This document shows, piece by piece, positions 58,228 through 64,000 of a stretch of DNA of 64,000 nt; position 1 is the first letter of the stretch, and every line of letters starts with the position of its first letter. Location: positions 2,400,001 to 2,464,000 of the forward strand of contig OZ251992.1 in NCBI GenBank assembly GCA_965246885.1, in the 5' to 3' direction. The notes beneath the pieces were generated by a model that ran no database searches, was not told the DNA's origin, and saw nothing but the letters and a program-made list of their open reading frames with translations. This stretch comes from Abditibacterium sp. GTDB lineage: Bacteria; Armatimonadota; Abditibacteriia; Abditibacteriales; Abditibacteriaceae. Made by a program: the position numbers and the translations under genes.

Positions 58228-59076
58228 ATGGCAACAATCAACGCGGCAGAAGTGAAGCAACTGCGCGACATCACCGGCGCAGGCATGATGGACTGCAAAA
58301 AGGCGCTCATCGAGACGAACGGCGACATCGAAGCCGCCGTCACCTATTTGCGCGAGAAGGGCATCGCGGGCGCGGCCAAGAAATCCGAGCGCGCCGCCAA
58401 CGAGGGCGCGATTGGCGTCTACATCACCGAAGACGGCGCATCGGGCGCGCTGATTGAAGTCGGTTGCGAGACCGATTTCGTCGGCAAGAACGAGACTTTC
58501 CGCGAACTGGTCGCGGAGTTGGCGCGCAACGCGGCGCTGTTCGGCTCGGCTGACATCGAGGCGCTGATGGGAGCCAAAACGCTCAACGACGACAACAAAA
58601 CCGTTCTCGAAATGGTCGCCGATGGCATCGCCACGCTGAAAGAGAACATCGTCGTCAAGCGTATCGCCCTGCTCGCCGCCCAAAACGGCGTGATCGGCTC
58701 CTACGTTCACTCGGACGGGCGCAAAGGCGCCCTCGTCGTCGCCGAAGGCGCCACGACCGAAGAAGCGAAGGTCGCTGCGCGCGAAGTAGCGATGCAAGCC
58801 GTCGCGTTGCGCGCGCCGTATCTCGACCGCGCGAGCGTCCCGCCGCACGTCATCGAAGCCGAGAAAGCCATCTACCGCGCGCAAGCCGCCGAAGAAGGCA
58901 AGCCCGAAGCGATGCAAGACAAAATCGCCGAGGGGCGGTTGGGCAAATACTACAAAGAGAACACCCTGACCGAACAAGCGTTCATCAAGGACGACAAGCA
59001 ATCCGTCGCCCAAGTCGCCAAAGCCGTCGGCGCCACCATTGACAACTTCATCCGCTTTGAAGTTGGCCAAGCGTAA
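58228..59076 (+). CDS. tsf: Elongation factor Ts
   Basis: VKQLRDITGAGMMDCKKAL, CETDFV, FIRFEVG. Confidence 0.97.
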   Translation: MATINAAEVKQLRDITGAGMMDCKKALIETNGDIEAAVTYLREKGIAGAAKKSERAANEGAIGVYITEDGASGALIEVGCETDFVGKNETFRELVAELARNAALFGSADIEALMGAKTLNDDNKTVLEMVADGIATLKENIVVKRIALLAAQNGVIGSYVHSDGRKGALVVAEGATTEEAKVAAREVAMQAVALRAPYLDRASVPPHVIEAEKAIYRAQAAEEGKPEAMQDKIAEGRLGKYYKENTLTEQAFIKDDKQSVAQVAKAVGATIDNFIRFEVGQA

Positions 59077-59138
59077 GGTGTGCGGAGAACAACAACGCCC
59101 ACCCTGTCGGAAGATGGGGCGGGCGTTTCTGCTTGGAC

Positions 59139-59283
59139 GTTCCCGGCCATGAATGACCGGGCTACACGAGCGCTTCGCGCTCCACAGGCCACCTTCGTGG
59201 CCACCACAAACTGCGACTTGCCCGCGAAGGCGGGTAGTGGTTGGCGTAGCCAACGCGTAGCCCGGTGCTTTAGCGCCGGGAAC
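59139..59283. repeat. REPIN-like element (divergent family)
   Basis: GTTCCCGGCCATGAATGACCGGGCTAC ... GTAGCCCGGTGCTTTAGCGCCGGGAAC with two internal hairpins. Confidence 0.65.
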
Positions 59284-59289
59284 TCAGTG

Positions 59290-59505
59290 CTACTCAACCG
59301 GGAACTCCAACGACTCCCACAACCAAGGAAGCCCCTGCTTCTCAAGTAGCGCGTCCAAAGTCTTGTAAGTAGCTTGGCTAACTTCCTCCCCCACGAACCA
59401 GTAGGCCTCGCACTCCGGGCACAGCATGATGTGGATGTCAGTGCCTTTGAGCTTCGCGGGAACTACCCAATCTTGCCCGCATCGGGGGCAGGCTTGTCGT
59501 TTCAT
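59290..59505 (-). CDS. Small zinc-ribbon protein
   Basis: CPRC..CPEC, 71 aa. Confidence 0.7.
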   Translation of the reverse strand: MKRQACPRCGQDWVVPAKLKGTDIHIMLCPECEAYWFVGEEVSQATYKTLDALLEKQGLPWLWESLEFPVE

Positions 59506-59535
59506 AGGATTGATTGCGCGCCTTTCAAAGCACGC

Positions 59536-60867
59536 TCACACCTTCGCCCCATCTTTGGCCACCAAGCGCGCGGGCAACAGGTCGTGCGCTAAGACATCTT
59601 CGAGCGTTTCGCGTTCGATGATTAAATCGGATTCGCCGTCGGCGACTAAGACGACGGCGGGGCGGCGGAAGCGGTTGTAGTTGCTGGCCATCGCGTAGTT
59701 GTAGGCGCCCGTCGCATAGACCGCCACGATGTCGCCGCGCGTTGGGCTGGCCAAATCCGCTTCTTCGATCAAAACGTCCGTTTCGCAGTGCTTGCCCGCG
59801 ACGGCGACGCGGTCGGACTGCGGTTCGTCGGCGCGGCTGGCGTTGAGGACGAAGTATTTGGCTTCGTAAAGCGCGGGGCGCGGGTTGTCGGACAGGCCGC
59901 CGTCAACGGAAACATACGTCCGCACGCCGGGAATGCGCTTGATGGTGCCGACGCGATAGAGCGTCGTGCCCGCTTCGCCGACCAAGGAGCGGCCCGGCTC
60001 GACGGCCAAATGCGGCAGGGCGAGGCCGAATTTATCTAAGCCCGCGCGCACGGTTTGCACAAGGGTCGCGGCGTATTCCTCCATCGGGGGCGGCGTTTGT
60101 TCGGGCAAGTAGCGCACGCCCAGCCCGCCGCCCAAATCGAGTTGCTCGAATTCGACGCCCAGTTCGTCGCGCACAAGTGCCAGAAACTCCACCATGATGG
60201 TAGCAGCGAGGGTGAAGAAGGGCGCATCCAGAATTTGCGAGCCGATGTGACAGCCCACGCCGAGCAGTTCGAGGTTTTCCTTCTGGAGCGCGGTTTCGAC
60301 GGCGCGGCGGGCGCTTCCCCCGTCTATGTTGAAGCCGAACTTGGTGTCAATGCGGCCCGTTTGGATGAGGCGGTGCGTGTGCGCGTCCACGCGCGGGGTA
60401 AGCCGCAACATGATGGCTTGGCGCACGCCCGCTTCGCCCGCGATGCGGTCAAGCATTTCCAACTCGTCGAAGTTGTCCACGATGACGCGCCCGATTTTGG
60501 CGCGAACCGCCATTTCCAACTCTTCAGCCGACTTGTTGTTGCCGTGAAAGACGATGCGCTCGGCGGGAAAGTCGGCGCGCAGCGCCGTGAGCAGTTCGCC
60601 CGCCGACGCGACATCTATCCACAGCCCTTCTTGCGCGGCGATGCGCGCAATGGCAACGCACGGAAACGCTTTACTGGCGTAGATGATGTGGCAGGGCGCG
60701 CCTTGCGCCTCAAAAGCGGCTTTCATGGCGCGCATTTGGGCGCGGATGTGCGCCTCGTCCATGACAAACAAGGGCGTGCCGTATTCGCGCGCCAAATCGG
60801 TCGCGTCGCAACCGCCAATTTCTAAGTGTCCCCGCTCGTTAACGCGGTGTGTGCCCAATAAAAACAT
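59536..60867 (-). CDS. lysA: Diaminopimelate decarboxylase
   Basis: YGTPL, YASKAF, HGNNKS, KFG, HIGSQ, EPGRS, GKHCE, MASNYN. Confidence 0.97.
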   Translation of the reverse strand: MFLLGTHRVNERGHLEIGGCDATDLAREYGTPLFVMDEAHIRAQMRAMKAAFEAQGAPCHIIYASKAFPCVAIARIAAQEGLWIDVASAGELLTALRADFPAERIVFHGNNKSAEELEMAVRAKIGRVIVDNFDELEMLDRIAGEAGVRQAIMLRLTPRVDAHTHRLIQTGRIDTKFGFNIDGGSARRAVETALQKENLELLGVGCHIGSQILDAPFFTLAATIMVEFLALVRDELGVEFEQLDLGGGLGVRYLPEQTPPPMEEYAATLVQTVRAGLDKFGLALPHLAVEPGRSLVGEAGTTLYRVGTIKRIPGVRTYVSVDGGLSDNPRPALYEAKYFVLNASRADEPQSDRVAVAGKHCETDVLIEEADLASPTRGDIVAVYATGAYNYAMASNYNRFRRPAVVLVADGESDLIIERETLEDVLAHDLLPARLVAKDGAKV

Positions 60868-60996
60868 ATGGCCCAGTCTAACCAGCGCCCATTTTTCGGA
60901 TAATTGAATAGCTTTAACTTTTAAGTTTTCGTCTCTTCCTTCAAAGGCAGTTCCGTTGCCTTTGTCAACGGCTCAGGCTGACCCACCATTTCGCCC

Positions 60997-62286
60997 ATGA
61001 TTTCTTCCCAACCTGACCCTTGGCCCTCCACCGCGCTACGCGGCACCATCGTTGAATCGCGCCCCGTTTTCAACGGTGCGCGCGTCTTGGTTTCTGGTGG
61101 CAACGGCTTCGTCGGCGGCCACCTGTGCCGTGCCTTGCACGCGGCGGGCGCGCACGTTGTCGCACTCGATATAGATTTCTCCCCCGCGCGCGGAACCCAA
61201 CTCGACCTAACCGGCTTGCGCGATGAAATCGAACTGGTCGAAGCCGACGTCTGCGACCGGCGCGCAATGGCGCAACTCATCACCGGCGGCGGCTTCTCGC
61301 ACATCTTCCACCTCGCGGCGGGCGCTTCCACCATCGAACGCGCCCTTGTTGACCCTTATGGCACTATCGTGGCGAACACGATGGGGTTCGTCAATCTTGC
61401 CGAAGGCGCCCGCCTCGTGTGCGCCGAAAGACGCCCCACCGTCATCTACGCTTCCACCGACAAGGTCTACGGCGACTGCGCGACCCTGCCATACACCGAA
61501 GACACCGAACTCAACGGCGTTGGCATCTACGACGCTTCCAAGCTGTGCGCCGACATCCTCGCCAAGACCTACTTCCGCGCCCTCGGTGTTCCCACGGTTG
61601 TGCTGCGAATGTGCAACATCTTCGGCCCCTACGACCTCAACTGCGACTACCGCTTGTTCCCCAAAGCGATGCGCAACATCTTCCGCGACGGCGAAGCGCC
61701 CGAACTGTATATGAACTCGATGGAGCACTTCCGCGATTACCTGTTCGTGGAAGACGCCATCCGCGCTTATTTCCACCTTGCGCGCGAGCCGAAGTGCCAA
61801 GGCCGCGTTTACAACCTGCCCGGCGCGCGCTACGTCTCGACGCCCGACGTTTTGCGCGACATCGTGAACCTCGTCGGCGAGTTCCAAACGCGCGCCGCCC
61901 CCGACTCCATGCTGGCCCGCCACAAGTGGAGCCGCTCCATCCGCGTTGTGCCCAGCGACCCCAAGCTCGTCACCATTTCCAAGCAGCACCTCGACGGAAG
62001 CCGCATCGAAGCGGAAACCGGCTTCGCGCCCCTCATCGGATTCAAAGCGGGAGTCGAGGCGACCGCGCAGTTTTACCTCTGGTACTTCAAAGAAATCGCG
62101 CCCGCCACGTGCCCCTGCCCCGCCATTGATGCGGTGCTTCCGGCCAGAAATGCGGAGCCGCCCTCGCCATTCGCCGACGAAGTAGAAGCCCAAACCATCT
62201 TGCCCCGCGTTCGCGTATCTAAACGAAAGGGCGAAGCGGGGCCGGTGCGTCCGCGCTCCTTTGTGCGTAGGGAGACGCTGGCTTAA
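60997..62286 (+). CDS. NDP-sugar epimerase/dehydratase
   Basis: SGGNGFVGGH, ASTDKVYG, YDASK, NIFGP. Confidence 0.88.
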   Translation: MISSQPDPWPSTALRGTIVESRPVFNGARVLVSGGNGFVGGHLCRALHAAGAHVVALDIDFSPARGTQLDLTGLRDEIELVEADVCDRRAMAQLITGGGFSHIFHLAAGASTIERALVDPYGTIVANTMGFVNLAEGARLVCAERRPTVIYASTDKVYGDCATLPYTEDTELNGVGIYDASKLCADILAKTYFRALGVPTVVLRMCNIFGPYDLNCDYRLFPKAMRNIFRDGEAPELYMNSMEHFRDYLFVEDAIRAYFHLAREPKCQGRVYNLPGARYVSTPDVLRDIVNLVGEFQTRAAPDSMLARHKWSRSIRVVPSDPKLVTISKQHLDGSRIEAETGFAPLIGFKAGVEATAQFYLWYFKEIAPATCPCPAIDAVLPARNAEPPSPFADEVEAQTILPRVRVSKRKGEAGPVRPRSFVRRETLA

Positions 62287-63249
62287 ATGAACTGGCACGG
62301 CAAACGCGCTCTTGTTCTCGGCGCCACCGGCTTTTGCGGCGCTCATTTGTGCGCCGAACTGCGCGAACGCGGCGCCCACGTCACGGTCTACGACCGCCGC
62401 GAACCGGCGCCCTGTGCTGGCGTTGGCTTCGAGCGCGGCGACATCCTCGACTTTTCGGCGCTCCGCCTGACACTCGAACGGGTGCAACCGGAGTGGGTGT
62501 TTCACCTCGCGGCGCAGGCCATCGTCGGCACGTCCGTCGCGCTGCCCTTGGAAACCATGCACGCCAACGTCGTTGGGACTTACCACGTCTGCGAAGCGAT
62601 CCGGCTTTCTTCCATGCGCCCGAAGATGATCTTCGCGTCGAGCGGCGCCTTTTATGGCGCCACCAACGCGGGCGAACCCATCAGCGAAGATGACGCCGCG
62701 CTCGCCGCCAGCAACATCTACGCGCCCACCAAAGCCGCCGCCGACCTCGCCGTGCGCTCCTACGCCAAGACGTACGACCTCCCGTTTGCCGTGTGCCGAT
62801 GGATGAACACCTACGGCGAGGGAGATACCAATTTATCCCGTGTCGTGCCCGCCACGTTTCGCCGCGCGAGCGTCGGCCTGCCCGGACTTATCAGCGCAAC
62901 AGACGGGAGCAACGTCCTCGAGTTGCTGCATGTGCGCGACATGACGCGCGCTTACCTGCGCGTCGCCGAAGAAATCGAGCGCCCCGACGTGCGCGGCGCG
63001 GCGTTCAACTTCGGCGGCGGCCAGCCGCTCATCTTGAAGGAGTTAGTCGCCCAAATTACGGGCGCGTGGAACGAAGCGACCGGGCAAAACGTGCCTGTAG
63101 AGCCGGAGATTTTAGGCCCGCGCGTCGCGTCCGCCAAGTATCTCGACATCTGCAAAGCCAAGCGGCTGTTGGGTTGGCGACCAGAAGTCGCGCTTGACGA
63201 GGGGTTGCGCACGGCAGCGCTCTGGTACGCGCGCCACTTCGCAGGGTAA
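62287..63249 (+). CDS. NDP-sugar epimerase/dehydratase
   Basis: GATGFCGAH, FHLAAQ, YAPTK, NTYG, AFNFG. Confidence 0.88.
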   Translation: MNWHGKRALVLGATGFCGAHLCAELRERGAHVTVYDRREPAPCAGVGFERGDILDFSALRLTLERVQPEWVFHLAAQAIVGTSVALPLETMHANVVGTYHVCEAIRLSSMRPKMIFASSGAFYGATNAGEPISEDDAALAASNIYAPTKAAADLAVRSYAKTYDLPFAVCRWMNTYGEGDTNLSRVVPATFRRASVGLPGLISATDGSNVLELLHVRDMTRAYLRVAEEIERPDVRGAAFNFGGGQPLILKELVAQITGAWNEATGQNVPVEPEILGPRVASAKYLDICKAKRLLGWRPEVALDEGLRTAALWYARHFAG

Positions 63250-63304
63250 GCCCTCATCCCCGCAAACAAAACAGCCCCTCACGCATGTAAGGGGCTGATT
63301 AGAC

Positions 63305-63378
63305 TGGCGGGAACAGGATTCGAACCTGTGACCTCAAGGTTATGAGCCTTGCGAGCTACCGGGCTGCTCCATCCCGCG
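63305..63378 (-). tRNA. tRNA-fMet (CAT)
   Basis: CGCGGGATGGAGCAGCCCGGTAGCTCGCAAGGCTCATAACCTTGAGGTCACAGGTTCGAATCCTGTTCCCGCCA; unpaired 1:72; CCA not encoded. Confidence 0.95.
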
Positions 63379-63411
63379 ATGGATGTGGGTGCTTCTGGCG
63401 AAGCACTTCAA

Positions 63412-63440
63412 AATATACCGCGAAACGAAGCGCTTGTCAA
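63412..63440 (-). promoter_or_regulatory. Sigma-70 promoter of the tRNA
   Basis: TTGACA-N17-TATATT on the minus strand. Confidence 0.75.
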
Positions 63441-63452
63441 GGCGGCGCGCTT

Positions 63453-64000
<548 letters not shown>

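Noticed and set aside
56953..59253. 837-aa antisense ORF
   Set aside because: Shadow frame of rpsB-tsf; only the last 70 codons (56740-56952) look like a real gene
63250..63450. Integrated island at tRNA-fMet
   Set aside because: No integrase and no duplicated tRNA 3' end noticed in the window

Overview
GC-rich bacterial chromosome segment, probably Armatimonadota/Abditibacterium-like (inferred from gene content, not tested). From left to right: a type IV pilus/T2SS-like locus (pilT, pilC, Nif3-like gene, pilD, four prepilin-like proteins, a 1246-aa PilX-like protein); a DICT-sensor adenylate cyclase; thrS-infC; an ECF sigma/anti-sigma pair; a duplicated tadE-tadG cassette; and housekeeping genes (coaE, hemL, rpmI-rplT, mutS2, rplY, pth, trpF, rplU-rpmA, rpsB-tsf, lysA, tRNA-fMet). 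Also present are a Crp regulator, a sigma-70 paralog, a Ser/Thr kinase and a Doc toxin-antitoxin pair. A non-autonomous IS200/IS605 TnpB element (49260-50555) has ends, target motif and guide that can be read from the sequence, and it splits a zinc-ribbon gene. Intergenic DNA holds several repeat families: three degenerate 21-bp-period arrays, REPIN-like elements and paired palindromes. RBS-sequestering hairpins lie upstream of both tadE genes, and infC probably starts at a non-canonical ATA. No CRISPR array or rRNA was seen. All calls come from reading the sequence; no database searches were run.
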